Shown here one piece after another: positions 10,717 through 31,954 of a stretch of 64,000 nucleotides of DNA (position 1 is its first letter; each line of letters begins with the position of its first letter). The stretch is from Eledone cirrhosa (Eukaryota): the NCBI GenBank assembly GCA_964016885.1, contig OZ024742.1, positions 102,610,001 to 102,674,000 of the forward strand, read 5' to 3'. Below the pieces are notes generated by a model. The model was not told the origin of the DNA. It was given only the letters and a program-made list of their open reading frames with translations, and did not search any database. A program made the position numbers and the translations under genes.

Positions 10717-13220
10717 ATGGCTGAACACAACATCAACAACAAAATTAAGGAAGTATCGAAGAAAAAAAACAACAAAGGTAAACAAACTTTATTCAGTTGT
10801 AGCTACAGAAGAAACCGAAATTATAAATCGCATTGCTCTTGGAGTTGCGAACTTAATAATGATTTATTTAATTGTTATAAAATGGCAAAAAAAAAAACAA
10901 TCCCTCCATTGGCTATGAACAGAATGAAGCTACACTGGGACGGAATACTCCCAGAGCTAAATTATTTCCCAGCGAAACAATTACGCCAACAAGTGACGTT
11001 TGTTGAACGTAAAAATAAGATAAATATTATTAATTGTAAGTCCCCCACAACAAACATGTTATCAACAACACGTGCTACAGGTCGCCATGCTACTAAACTT
11101 CCTAGCAGCCAGGTCGAACAGTGCCTTGAAACAACTATGCCTGTAAGAAACTTGACACCACCTGTACCATCTAAGTCTACCTCGAATGCTGGGGAAAACA
11201 CTATCGATAATAATAATAATCGAAGAAATAATAATAATAATCGAAGAAATTTGACACCACGTGTACCATCCGAGTCTACCTCGACTGTTGTGGAAAATAC
11301 TATCGATAATGATAATAATCAAAAGTATAAACAATTGAAAATTTTCCTCAATTAAATCTTCCTGAGAGAAATTAATTCATGTATAAATATCTCTCTTGCT
11401 GAACGTATTAAAATGACAATGTTTAATAAAAAAACAAATAATGAAATATTACGTGTTATTGACGAAATAGGGGATGAATATTTACGACGGATAAAAACCC
11501 CGACATTTTGGCAAATCAACGCATGTTTATATGCCTGAGCAACGACAGTAAAGCATTATCTTGGTGATAGCAGAGATATTAACAAGAACAGAACACCACC
11601 AAAAATACAATCATATATAACTAAAATAGAAAAAAAAGGTTGCTGACCTACGAAAACCATAGGATATGTGACAATGCTCCTTACATGCAAACAAACACAA
11701 AAAACCTCGCTCCTCACCAACAAAGAGTGAAAAATAAAATAGAGATGATGTTTGGTAACAGTAGAACCATAACTCTTCAATATAAGCTGATCACCTTCAA
11801 ACAAGAATTGAGAGCTTTTAGCGAAAAACGCCGATACCTGAAGAAGGTAGATGAGAGAAAAGTGCTTAATAAAAGATTCAGACGAAACCAAACATCAGTC
11901 TATAGAGATATGAAGGACAAAATAATAAGTGTCACTGAAGCCCCATCCCAGAAAGACATAGATTCCTTTTGGTGCAAAATATGGGGTGAAAAGAAGAATT
12001 TCAACCAAGATGCAGTGTGGCTAAGAGAAATCCGAAAGAACTATTGCTCCTACACTACAACAAAAACATACGAAATAAGTGAGGGTACCCTTGAGACTGT
12101 GATAGGAAAGCTCCAAGATAAGAAAACACCAGGAAGAGACATGATTGTCGGCTACTGGTACAAAAAACTGATAGTCTATCGGAAGTATCTTACTGACCTC
12201 TACCAACAAGTTCTTAAGGGAGATACACTTATACCAGAATGGTTGACATTAGTACAAACTTTACTGGTCCCCAAGAACAAAGACACCCACTTGGCAAAAA
12301 ACTACCGACCCATTGCATACCAGAATCTGATGTATAAGATGTATACAGACTGTCTGAACCTATTCCTCCAAGATCACTGTGAAAATAATAACATCATCAC
12401 AGATGAACAAGCAGCTGGATAGAAAGGGGTTTGGGGATGTGCTGAACAACTCCTAATCAACAAAACTGCGATGTCGGAGGTGCGACAACTTAGGAGGAAT
12501 ATGGCTACAGTCTGGCTAGGCTACAGGAAAGCTTTCGATTCTGTTCCCCACTCTTGGATGATAGAGGCCCTCCAACTTGCTAAAGTCTCAGAGCCATAGA
12601 GAGGCTGTCTTTTTCTTGGGCTACTATCCTAAGGTTAAAGACAGAGAAGGAGGACTCTATAAAATTTCGCAGGTGTATATTTCAGGGGGACAGTCTCTCT
12701 GTGATATTATTCATCTTGTCATTAAACCCCTTGTCCTTTCTGCTCAAGAAATGTGAGGGATACATCATTGGCTCACAGGAGGACAGAACTACGAACCTAA
12801 CCCATAATTGCTTTGTGGACGATCTGAAACTCTATGCCAAGAACATGGATGGGATGAAGAAAAATCTTGACCTGGTTACAACGTTCTCAAAGGATATAGG
12901 AAAGAACACAACTAGTTAGGAAATTACAAGTACAATCCAATAATGGAACAGTAAAAATATGTAAAACATTCCAAAAATTGTGCATCTAATAACTGCATAT
13001 ACACATGTACAGATACAAAGCATATACACATGCACACATACAACTCAAAACATCCACATCCACACATACAATAACATCCATATCTACACATGCATGCATA
13101 CATACATATCTACCTAGTTGATGTTGTGTAAATTCCAATGAGAGAGTCTTGTGTCTATGTTAGAAACCGACTCTCTCTCTATTGACAAAAATTTGTGAAA
13201 TTATAAAACCAGAAGAACAT
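10717..13220 (+). mobile_element. Decayed R4/Dong-like (RLE-clade) non-LTR retrotransposon
   Basis: RT motifs across stops and frameshifts: KTPGRDMIVGYWYK, PKNKDTHLAKNYRPI, EQLLINK, YRKAFDSVPHSW, IFQGDSLS..F.LSLNPLS, FVDDLKLYA. Internal deletion near 12900 joins to a C-terminus like GTVKICKTF, then a 3' UTR. Confidence 0.85.
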
Positions 13221-13274
13221 ATATACATAGTGTGCTAATATCTCGTTGTTTTCTTATTTCCTTATTTGTCATTG

Positions 13275-13459
13275 TGGATAGGCAGTATCGGTAGAGGGTC
13301 GGACGCCATGCTTTGCAGCACAGTTACGTCCCTTTATGGTCTGAGTTCAAATCCCGCCGAGGTTAACTTTGCCTTTCATCCTTACGGGGTCGATAAAATA
13401 AAGTACCAGTAATACACTGGGATAACTGCTGGCCTTGTGCCAAAAGTAGAAACAATTAT
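13275..13459 (+). mobile_element. Family A SINE, young subfamily
   Basis: Near-identical to 2541-2732. Confidence 0.85.
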
Positions 13460-13494
13460 AACAGTCATTACTCCTTTCAACTTTAATGTGGAAT

Positions 13495-13837
13495 GGACCT
13501 CCGTCGGTTTCGACGACGAGTGTTCCAGTTGTTCAATCAACGGAACAACCTGCTCGTGAAATTTACGTGTAAGTGACTGAGCATTCTACAGACACGTGTA
13601 CTCCTAACATAATTCTCAGCGAGGTTCAGCGTTGCTGTGGGTGACAAGTATGGCCCGTTCAATTACAGATGCAGTCTATTTGACGGGCTTCCACACAGTT
13701 TCCGTTTACAAAGGTTCAGTCACAAAGTATGGACGAGAGGCTGTAGTAAATGATTCTAGACCCAGATTCCACGCAGTGGGATCGAACCCTGGACTTCATG
13801 CTTGTGAAGCAAACTTAACCATGCTGCGTCTAGTCGA
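13495..13837 (-). mobile_element. tRNA-derived SINE, family C
   Basis: Minus-strand head GTCGACTAGACGCAGCATGGTTAAG..GGGTTCGATCCC. Body matches 45165-45835, 14250-14347 and 14890-14960. Head fragment also at 8820-8870. Confidence 0.75.
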
Positions 13838-14347
13838 CTTTACAATAAGTATACATGCACTCACTCACTCTCTTTTCCTCTCCCTCGTCTTCCCCCTCTC
13901 TCTCTCCTTCATAAAGCTCACACAGGGTTCAACTCCCACTGTTCCTACCATCACCACATCTGTATCTCAACCACCACTATTGCTAAATGTGTTATCATTA
14001 TTATAACACCACCAACGTAAGTGGAGAGGTAACTATTCAAAATGAAGGTTAACCACACTGACACGCTAACAGTCATATTTCTCCAGACTATAAAAAACCT
14101 GAAATACCAGCTACCGCGACAATGTATCCCGCTCTTTTTAGAAGAGTGACAAGTACACAAACAATAACAAACACAAGATAAAACACACGCACACACACAC
14201 ACACACTCACACACACACACACACACACACACAAACACTCAAATAAACATTCGTCAGTTTCGACGATGAATTTTCCAGGTGCGTGATCAATGAAACAGGG
14301 AGAGTCAGAGTGGCATTGCGTGTGACAAGGCCGGTACTTTGAATCAG

Positions 14348-14876
<529 letters not shown>

Positions 14877-14877
<1 letters not shown>

Positions 14878-15266
14878 TCAAAGTGTCATGGCGTATGACA
14901 AGGCCGGTACTTTGAATCAGCGGTACAGTCTGTCCGACGGGTTTCCGAACAGTTTCCATCTCCTCATACAGCAATGTGAATAAAGCCCTTATTGTATAGC
15001 GAACCATGTCAATCTTCTTTCTTGAAGTATTATTACTCCAAGTATAAACTACATAGAAATCACCGCAACTCGCAGCATCACTATTTATTTCATTATACAT
15101 ATTTCAAGGGCCACCAAGGCAAACTATGGTGCGCTTTCACCAGATAAAATATAATATAGGTTAGTTTTATAAATAAATATTGACATACCCTTAAAAAATG
15201 CAACCATTCATATATATATATATGTGTGTGTGTGTGTGTATATATACATATGTATATATATATGTA

Positions 15267-15347
<81 letters not shown>

Positions 15348-15358
15348 CATATATATAC

Positions 15359-15398
<40 letters not shown>

Positions 15399-15399
15399 T

Positions 15400-15441
<42 letters not shown>

Positions 15442-15512
15442 CATACATATATATATATACTCATATATATATATACACACATACATATATATATACACAC
15501 ACACACACACAC

Positions 15513-15561
<49 letters not shown>

Positions 15562-15580
15562 TATATACATATGTATATAT

Positions 15581-15616
<36 letters not shown>

Positions 15617-15949
15617 GAATGGTTGCATTTTTTAAGGGTATGTCAATATTTATTTATAAAACTAACCTATATTATATTTTATCTGGTGAAAGCGCACCAT
15701 AGTTTGCCTTGGTGGCCCTTGAAATATGTATAATGAAATAAATAGTGATGCTGCGAGTTGCGGTGATTTCTATGTAGTTTATACTTGGAGTAATAATAAT
15801 TCAAGAAAGAAGATGGACATGGTTCGCTATACAATAAGGGCTTTATTCACATTGCTGTATGAGGAGATGGAAACTGTTCGGAAACCCGTCGGACAGACTG
15901 TACCGCTGATTCAAAGTACCGGCCTTGTCATACGCCATGACACTTTGAA
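14877..15949. repeat. 334-bp inverted repeat (arms 14877-15210 and 15616-15949) around a ~400-bp microsatellite spacer
   Basis: Arms are reverse complements with two mismatches that I could find. Confidence 0.95.
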
Positions 15950-16065
15950 TATATATATATATATACACACATACATACATATATATATATATATGTATGT
16001 ATGTGTATATATATATATATTCAAAGTGTCATACACCATGACACTTTGAATATATATATATATAC

Positions 16066-16159
<94 letters not shown>

Positions 16160-16176
16160 ATATATATTAATATATA

Positions 16177-16253
<77 letters not shown>

Positions 16254-16411
16254 TATATATAGTTCAAGGAGACAACAAACAGAGGTAAAAAAGTGTATAT
16301 ATATCTTTATATATATATAAGCAAAAGGGATATTCAATTTGTTGGTAATTCAACAAATATAAATGTTTATAACTGATTCAGAGCACTCGACAAGTTTTCT
16401 GGAGTATAATA

Positions 16412-18033
16412 TCAATGATATTAAATAAATGGAAACTATATTTATAAAACCATATTTATTCTATTATATATATTTCAAGGGTACCACAACTTAGAAATAA
16501 TTTACAATTATTAGTTGTTTACATTTTTAATATGAGTTACGAAGGATGTTGATTTTGCATTTTACATAAAAAACAGGTAGTTCAAGTTGTAAGAGGAGAA
16601 CAATTTCGAAAGCACCTGCATACTGAAATATGGCTTTCTCAAGATTCTGTAACTTGTGTATCGAGGAAATTTTTTTATATCCATAACTGTCAAAACTCTA
16701 TTAATCTTAAAACAGAATTATTTTCTACTTGCAGACATCGCCAAAATTCCACTTTCAGAAGTATTTTTAATTTATGATATTCATTACACTTGACTATACA
16801 CCTTCAAAATGATCCTGTTTAAATTTAAATTTTTTAAATGTTCTTCCTCTTAATTTTTTTATATTTCTACTATTTTTACCATTTGACATTAATTTTTTAA
16901 TTTTTTTATATATTTATTACTATTTTTACCTTTTGACATTATTTTCCTAATGATACACCTCTAATATATGTTTTTAGATGTAGATTGATAATCTTTAATT
17001 GACATTCTGAAAGTTTATCCTCTTTACGATAGTTCTTCGAAATGCACATTACTTTTTTCCTCTCCTTTTGATCTTCAAACTTTTACACATCTTTCGACTA
17101 AAATAATATATAATTGAAACTAATCTCACACAAAATAATATATAATTTTCTCTATATATTTTCTGAGTAAATCATTCATCAAATTTAACGGTTAACAAAC
17201 AAGATCGGGGTTATCTTTCCCTTTTCAATCGTGCAAACATAAAGATTATATTATAATATAATATGTATGATAAAATATATAACTTCGCTAAATTAACAAT
17301 ATTCTGAAAACATTTTCAATGGTGGAACAAAATATTCGAATCTACAAATTGTTCTCCTTTTACAACTTGAACTACCTGTTTTTTTAATGTAAAATGCAAA
17401 ATCAACTCCTTCGTAACTCATATTAGAAATGTAAACAACTAATAATTGTAAATTATTTCTATTTCTATAATACTGATACATGCACAATTATTAATCTATA
17501 TAGATATTTATATACTTACAACCGATTGTAATGTAATAAGATAACATATACATACAACCATAATTCTTCATATAATCTAATTAATTATATATACAATATT
17601 ATAACTCATAATATAGCTAAATAAATTTAAATTCTGTAATCATATTCTACCATTCCCGCAAATTGTTAATTCCTTTTAAATTAACGTAAATACAAGCTCT
17701 TCTTTCTTTTTTCTTCTTCCTACTCATACATACTATATCCTAATTATTTAAATTCTGCATAGCGTCTAAAATAACGTTTTTTTTCAGCCCTATACCTCAA
17801 CCTCTTTGCATACTCATCTTAATAATTTGAAATATCTGACTTTTCTTCTCTTTTCCCTTCACTATCCAAGAAAAACTTGAACCGTTAAGGTATCTTTTCT
17901 TGGTCATGTCAAAATTTATAAAACAAACTTTGTATTTTATCTGATGAAAGCGTACCAAAGTTTTGGTACCCTTGAAATATAAATAATAGAATAAATATGG
18001 TTTTATAAATATAGTTTCCATTTATTTAATATC

Positions 18034-18038
<5 letters not shown>
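16412..18038 (+). mobile_element. Penelope-like element remnant (Naiad-type C-terminus) with inverted 5' copy of its 3' terminus and hammerhead motif
   Basis: 16609-16770 reads KAPAY*NMAFSRFCNLCIEEIF/YIHNCQNSINLKTELFSTCRHR (CxxC..CRH, one frameshift). Hammerhead core at 17941. 16412-16492 and 16492-16606 are inverted copies of 17958-18038 and 17346-17461. Confidence 0.75.
17935..17990 (+). ncRNA. Hammerhead-like motif of the Naiad-type element
   Basis: CTGATGA AAGCGTACCAAA GT TTTGGTACCCTT GAAA TATA. Long stem II; AT-rich, weak stems I and III. Confidence 0.55.
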
Positions 18039-18110
<72 letters not shown>

Positions 18111-18333
18111 CGTTTCTGAATTTGTTTAGTAAGATTCTTTATCTGAAATCGTGTGTTGAAACCGATATTGTTATACTTTAGGAGGGTCATGTTGCCAATA
18201 AGAAACACACGCACCAGTTGCTTTCACTTAATTTATTATATATTTATAAATTTATAAATTTACAAATCTACAAACTTATAAATTTCTGGTTGGTTGGTTG
18301 GTTGGTTCCACAACCAGATAGTTGTTTATATAT

Positions 18334-18379
18334 AGTCATAGTCCTTTCGTCACACACTCTGTGACCTCTTCAGTGACTG
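18334..18379 (-). ncRNA. Minimal type-I hammerhead-like motif downstream of a GIY-YIG ORF
   Basis: Minus strand: AGTCA CTGAAGAG GTCACA gagtg TGTGAC GAAA GGACTA TGACT. Stems I and II are perfect; stem III is vestigial. Confidence 0.65.
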
Positions 18380-18582
18380 GGGATTCCTTTCTTTGTTTCT
18401 GTGCCTTTCCTTTCTTCTGTCCTACGCCATTTTGTTTCTGTGTGTGTGTTGTGTGCTCAGTCTGCGCATGCGCCACATCCGGGTGTCTGTGTGTGTTTGT
18501 GTTCATTTATCTATTTGTTTATTTATTTACATGTTGTTGGTTGGTTGTTTGTTATATGTGTGTGTGTGTTTTCATTTTGTCC

Positions 18583-19226
18583 TTAATTGTAAGTTGTGAT
18601 GTTGCTGTTCCACTCATATTTTCTATTTAATTTTGGTTGTAATTCTTTTATGCTTACTGCCTCTGTAATTTGCCTAAACATTGCATCTTTTCTGTGTGTG
18701 GATTCTATTTTTATTTCTATGTTCTCTAATTTACCCTTGTGTTCTATCTTAGCATGTTGGTAGAGTACAGATGATTCTTTATTATCTTGAAGGTCTCGCC
18801 AGTGTTCATTTATCCGTTCCCCTATACTACGAGCTGTCTCACCTATGTACACTATATTTTTGTTTCTACATTGTCCTTCAGTACATCTTATGCTATACAC
18901 TACATTTCTAGTTTTACAGTTAATATGGGGGCTTATTTTACAGGTTATACATTTCTTATCTATACATGAGGTGAGGGTCTTTGGAACGGGTATGTCTTGC
19001 TAATAAGTGTTTTTACGGAGGTACCTGGTCTTTCTACTATCTTAATATTGAGTTTATGTTTATTTAGGGCCCTTCTAAATTTGTAGGCTAGTTCGCCTCT
19101 AGGGGTTGTATTGATGAACATTACACTCTGGTATTTATTGCTATCATACCATGAGTTCATTCTATTGGCCTTGTTCCTAGTTCTTTCTATTCTATTCCAA
19201 AATATATATATATCATACCCATTCAA
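18583..19226 (-). pseudogene. Penelope-like retroelement 3' ORF fragment: linker plus GIY-YIG endonuclease (Nematis-like)
   Basis: VMFINTTPRGELA..IKIVERPGTSVK, frameshift, then VVYSIRC..C..VYIGETARSIGERINEH..SVLYQH..H..RQITEAVSI..PKLNRKYEW. Confidence 0.85.
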
Positions 19227-19299
19227 TAGCTATCATCGAAATATATATAGCTAGCAGTAAATAAATGATTATGAGTTCATGCAATTGACTTATGTTTCG

Positions 19300-19335
<36 letters not shown>

Positions 19336-19355
19336 AATGTTTCGTCACTATATAT

Positions 19356-19466
19356 ATCTGTTATTTAATAAATATTTGCTCTACGGTTCTTATATATTTG
19401 ATATATATTTATCCTTATCGAGCCCTCTTTGGATTTTAGTCTTCAATTTTATTATTATTACTATAT
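19356..19466 (+). repeat. Dispersed repeat, copy of 5548-5658
   Basis: Near-identical match. Confidence 0.7.
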
Positions 19467-19689
19467 TTATATATATATAGTGAAATATATATATTGAAAT
19501 GTGTAATTGGAAAATTTGAAACCCACACGTCTGAAATAACTGTAACAGTAGTTGATCCCTCTTTATCTTGATCCAACACAAGGTTGGCCTATGGCCTGTC
19601 ATTCCAGAGTTCCCCCAGAACGAAACATTGTTTGTTTTCTTAGCAAGGTTTATTGCCCATCGCCAGCTTGCTTGTTTGTCGTGTCACCA

Positions 19690-19900
19690 ATGTGATCCAT
19701 ATCATCACCAATGTTGTCCAAGGTAAAGGCAATGGTCGATACAGCTTAACACCACTCACGTCGCAGCTCATTTCTACATCTGAGTGAACTGGCGTGACGT
19801 GAAAAAAAAGTCTCTTACTCAAGGTCATAACGCATCACCCGGTCCAGGAATCGAACTCACAACCTCACGATTGTTGATCCAACTCTCTAACCACTAAGTC
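19690..19900 (-). mobile_element. tRNA-derived SINE with a family B-type head
   Basis: Minus strand: CTTAGTGGTTAGAG..GTGAGTTCGATTCC..ACCGGGTGATGCGTTATGACCTTGAGTAAGAG. Confidence 0.7.
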
Positions 19901-20016
19901 GATCACTGAAAGCTAATATTATTAGCGATCGATTGTTGTTGCAATTATTTCTTACGTTTGAATGAATTCTAAAATTTCAAATTTCAAATCAAATCACCCA
20001 ATCGCTTCGATAAATC

Positions 20017-20247
<231 letters not shown>

Positions 20248-20359
20248 ATCAGCTCGTTTAACAGACGTAACAATGAAATATCGAAACTGGGGGAGTTCCT
20301 CAGCTTTCCCGTGTGAAAGAAAAAATAGCCTACTCTTTATTGCTCAAGGTAACAACTAG

Positions 20360-21681
20360 TGATGTTGTTGTTGTTGTTGTGGTGGTGGTGGTGGTGGTGG
20401 TGGTGGTGGTGGTGGTGGTGGTGGTGGTGGTGGTGGTGGTGGTGGTGGTGGTGGTGGTGGTGATCGTGTTGATCGTGGTGTTGGTGATGATAGTGCTGGT
20501 GTTGATGGTGGTGGTGGTGGTGGTGGTGGTGGTGGTGGTGGTGATCGTGTTGATCGTGGTGGTGGTGGTGGTGGTGGTGGTGGTGATCGTGTTGATCGTG
20601 GTGGTGGTGATGATAGTGCTGGTGTTGATGGTGGTGGTGGTGGTGGTGGTGGTGGTGGTGGTGGTGGTGGTGGTGATCGTGTTGATCGTGGTGGTGGTGG
20701 TGGTGGTGGTGGTGGTGGTGGTGGTGATCGTGTTGATCGTGGTGGTGGTGGTGGTGGTGGTGGTGGTGGTGGTGGTGGTGGATCGTGTTGATCGTGGTGG
20801 TGGTGATGATAGTGCTGGTGTTGATGGTGGTGGTGGTGGTGGTGGTGGTGGTGATCGTGTTGATCGTGGTGGTGGTGGTGGTGGTGGTGGTGGTGATCGT
20901 GTTGATCGTGGTGGTGGTGGTGGTGGTGGTGGTGGTGATCGTGTTGATCGTGTTGATCGTGGTGGTGGTGGTGGTGGTGGTGGTGGTGGTGGTGGTGATC
21001 GTGTTGATCGTGTTGATCGTGGTGGTGGTGGTGTTGATCGTGTTGATCGTGGTGTTGATGGTGGTGGTGGTGGTGGTGGTGGTGTTGATCGTGTTGATCG
21101 TGGTGTTGATTGTGATGGTGGTGGTGGTGGTGGTGGTGGTGGTGGTGTTGATCGTGTTGACCGTGGTGGTGGTGGTGGTGGTGGTTGTGATGGTGGTGGT
21201 GGTGGTGATCGTGTTGATCGTGGTGTTGATGGTGGTGTTGATGGTGGTGTTGATGGTGGTGGTGGTGGTGGTGGTGTTGGTGGTGGTGGTGGTGGTGGTG
21301 TTGATGGTGGTGGTGGTGGTGGTGGCGGTGGTGGTGGTGGTGGTGTTGATGGTGGTGGTGGTGGTGGTGGCGGTGGTGTTAATCATGGTGTTGATGCTGG
21401 TGGTGGTGGTTGTGGTGGTGGTGGTGGTTGTGGTGATGTTGGTGGTGGTGGTGGTGGTGATGGTATTGGGTACTGATGGTATTGGTAGTGCAGGTGGTGG
21501 TGTTTGTGGTGTTTGTGGTGACCGTGGTGGTGGTGGTGGTGTGGTGGTGGTGGTGGGTTGTGATGGTATGGTGGAGGGAGTGGCTGTTGTTTGTGACGTC
21601 AGTAGGGCGGCGGGCGGTGGTGGTGTGATTGTTGTAGATTGTACACCAACGGTATCTGCTGCCAGTTGGTTCATAATACTA

Positions 21682-21719
<38 letters not shown>

Positions 21720-21769
21720 ATTTTTGTTGTTGTTATTGTTGCTGTTGTTGTTGTTGTTGTTGTTGTTGC

Positions 21770-21836
<67 letters not shown>

Positions 21837-21886
21837 GGTGGTGTTGTTGTTATTGCTGCTGTTGTTCTTGTTGTTGTTATTGTTGC

Positions 21887-21920
<34 letters not shown>

Positions 21921-21991
21921 CTTGTTGTTGTTCTTGTTCTTGATGTTGTTGTTGGTGTTGTTGTTGGTGTTGTTGTTGGTGTTGTTGCTGT

Positions 21992-22043
<52 letters not shown>

Positions 22044-22225
22044 ATTTTTGTTGTTGTTATTGTTGCTGTTGTTGTTGTTGTTGTTGTTGTTGTTGCTGTT
22101 GTTGTTGTTGTTGTTGTTGTTGTTCTTCTTCTTCTTCTTGATGTTGTTGTTGGTGTTGTTGTTGGTGTTGTTGTTGGTGTTGGTGTTATTGCTGCTGTTG
22201 TTCTTGTTGTTGGTGTTATTGTTGC

Positions 22226-22271
<46 letters not shown>

Positions 22272-23154
22272 CTTGTTCTTGATGTTGTTGTTGGTGTTGT
22301 TGTTGGTGTTGTTGTTGGTGTTGTTGCTGTTGGCGGTGGTGTTGTTGTTGTTGGTAGTGGTGGTGGTGTTGTTGTTGTTGCTGGTGGTGGTGGGGTGGGG
22401 GTGGGGGTCGGTATTGTTGTTGTTGTTGGTGGTGGTGGTGGTGTTGTTGTTGTTGGTGGTGGTGGTGGTGTTGTTGTTGGTGGTGGTGGTGGTGTTGTTG
22501 TTGTTGGTGGTGGTGGTGGTGTTGTTGTTGGTGGTGGTGGTGGTGTTGTTGTTGTTGGTGGTGGTGGTGGTGTTGTTGTTGGTGTTGTTGGTGGTGGTGG
22601 TGCTGGTGGGGTGGGGGGGGGGTCGGTATTGTTGTTGTTGTTGGTGGTGGTGGTGGTGTTGTTGTGTTGGTGGTTGTGGTGTTGTTGTTGTTGGTGGTGG
22701 TGGTGGTGTTGTTGTTGGTGTTGTTGGTGGTGGTGGTGCTGGTGGGGTGGGGGTGGTGGTCGGTATTGTTGTTGTTGTTGGTGGTGGTGGTGGTGTTGTT
22801 GTTGTTGGTGGTTGTGGTGTTGTTGTTGTTGGTGGTGGTGGTGGTGTTGTTGTTGTTGGTGGTGGTGGTGGTGTTGTTGTTGGTGGTGGTGGTGGTGTTG
22901 TTGTTGTTGGTGGTGGTGGTGGTGTTGTTGTTGGTGTTGTTGGTGGTGGTGGTGCTGGTGGGGTGGGGGGGGTCGGTATTGTTGTTGTTGTTGGTGGTGG
23001 TGGTGGTGTTGTTGTTGTTGGTGGTGGTGGTGTTGTTGTGTTGGTGGTGGTGGTGGTGTTGTTGTTGGAGTTGTTGGTGGTGGTGTGCTGGTGGGGTGGG
23101 GGTGGTGGTCGGTATTGTTGTTGTTGTTGGTGGTGGTGGTGGTGTTGTTGTTGG

Positions 23155-23200
<46 letters not shown>

Positions 23201-23265
23201 GGTGGTGGTGGTGGTAGTGGTGGTGGTGGTGGTGTTGTTGGTGTTGTTGTTGTTGTTGTTTTGGT
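20360..23265. repeat. 2.9-kb compound trinucleotide tract, (GGT)n then (GTT)n then mixed, with higher-order units such as GATCGTGTT and GGGGTGGGGG..TCGGTATT
   Basis: Direct observation. Contains one non-repetitive island at ~21470-21680. Confidence 0.95.
21470..21674 (-). CDS. Possible low-complexity Pro/Thr/Gln-rich coding segment (unconfirmed)
   Basis: Reads NSIMNQLAADTVGVQSTTITPPPPAALLTSQTTATPSTIPSQPTTTTTPPPPPRSPQTPQTPPPALPIPSVPNT with varied codons. No domain recognised. Confidence 0.3.
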
Positions 23266-23359
23266 CATCGTCATTTTATTGTTGCTATATACAAGAACGC
23301 AGTAAACAAATACTCATATATAACACAAGATCGATCTACAACAATAACACCAGCACCAC

Positions 23360-23518
23360 TGACGTCATAGGTACACGACATAACTCGGCCTAACCCATAT
23401 ATAGGAATTCCTTCCAACTGTCATACCTCTCTCTCTATATATATAGAAAGTATTATGAAGGGCGTGGGACATTGAAAGATCTACGTGTGTTTTTGTGAGG
23501 AAACAATGAACGACGTCA
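23360..23518. promoter_or_regulatory. Motif cluster: perfect CRE TGACGTCA (23360), TATA-like runs, GGGCGTGG GC-box (~23460), near-CRE CGACGTCA (23511)
   Basis: Motifs seen in a short unique island. Function is inferred only. Confidence 0.25.
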
Positions 23519-23668
23519 CATATATCTATAAATATCTGTAGATAAATGGAGGGTATAACCTCTTGAGACGGGGGAGAAGGTGAATAATCGCCTGCTTGCA
23601 TCGAACTCACATTTGCTTACACACATACACACATATATGTGTGTATATACACACACATAGACACACAG

Positions 23669-23761
<93 letters not shown>

Positions 23762-23779
23762 ATGTAGCGTGTATGATAA

Positions 23780-23831
<52 letters not shown>

Positions 23832-23851
23832 ATGTATGCGTGTATGTATAA

Positions 23852-23894
<43 letters not shown>

Positions 23895-23960
23895 ATATAT
23901 ATATATGAAAAGAGTCAAAGTCCCGACGGCTGAGCTCCGGCCGTTTCGTCAGCTAGATCC

Positions 23961-24160
23961 NNNNNNNNNNNNNNNNNNNNNNNNNNNNNNNNNNNNNNNN
24001 NNNNNNNNNNNNNNNNNNNNNNNNNNNNNNNNNNNNNNNNNNNNNNNNNNNNNNNNNNNNNNNNNNNNNNNNNNNNNNNNNNNNNNNNNNNNNNNNNNNN
24101 NNNNNNNNNNNNNNNNNNNNNNNNNNNNNNNNNNNNNNNNNNNNNNNNNNNNNNNNNNNN
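23961..24160. other. Assembly gap (200 N)
   Basis: Run of n. Confidence 1.
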
Positions 24161-31935
<7,775 letters not shown>

Positions 31936-31954
31936 ATATATATATAATATATAT

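Noticed and set aside
20313-23393. Plus-strand poly-Val/Gly/Leu ORFs of 387-810 aa
   Set aside because: G/T triplet repeats seldom form stops. The unique island reads more naturally on the minus strand.
23926-23960. Hammerhead-like CTGACGA..GCCGTC on the minus strand
   Set aside because: GAAA is replaced by GGGA and the sequence abuts the N gap, so it is unreliable.
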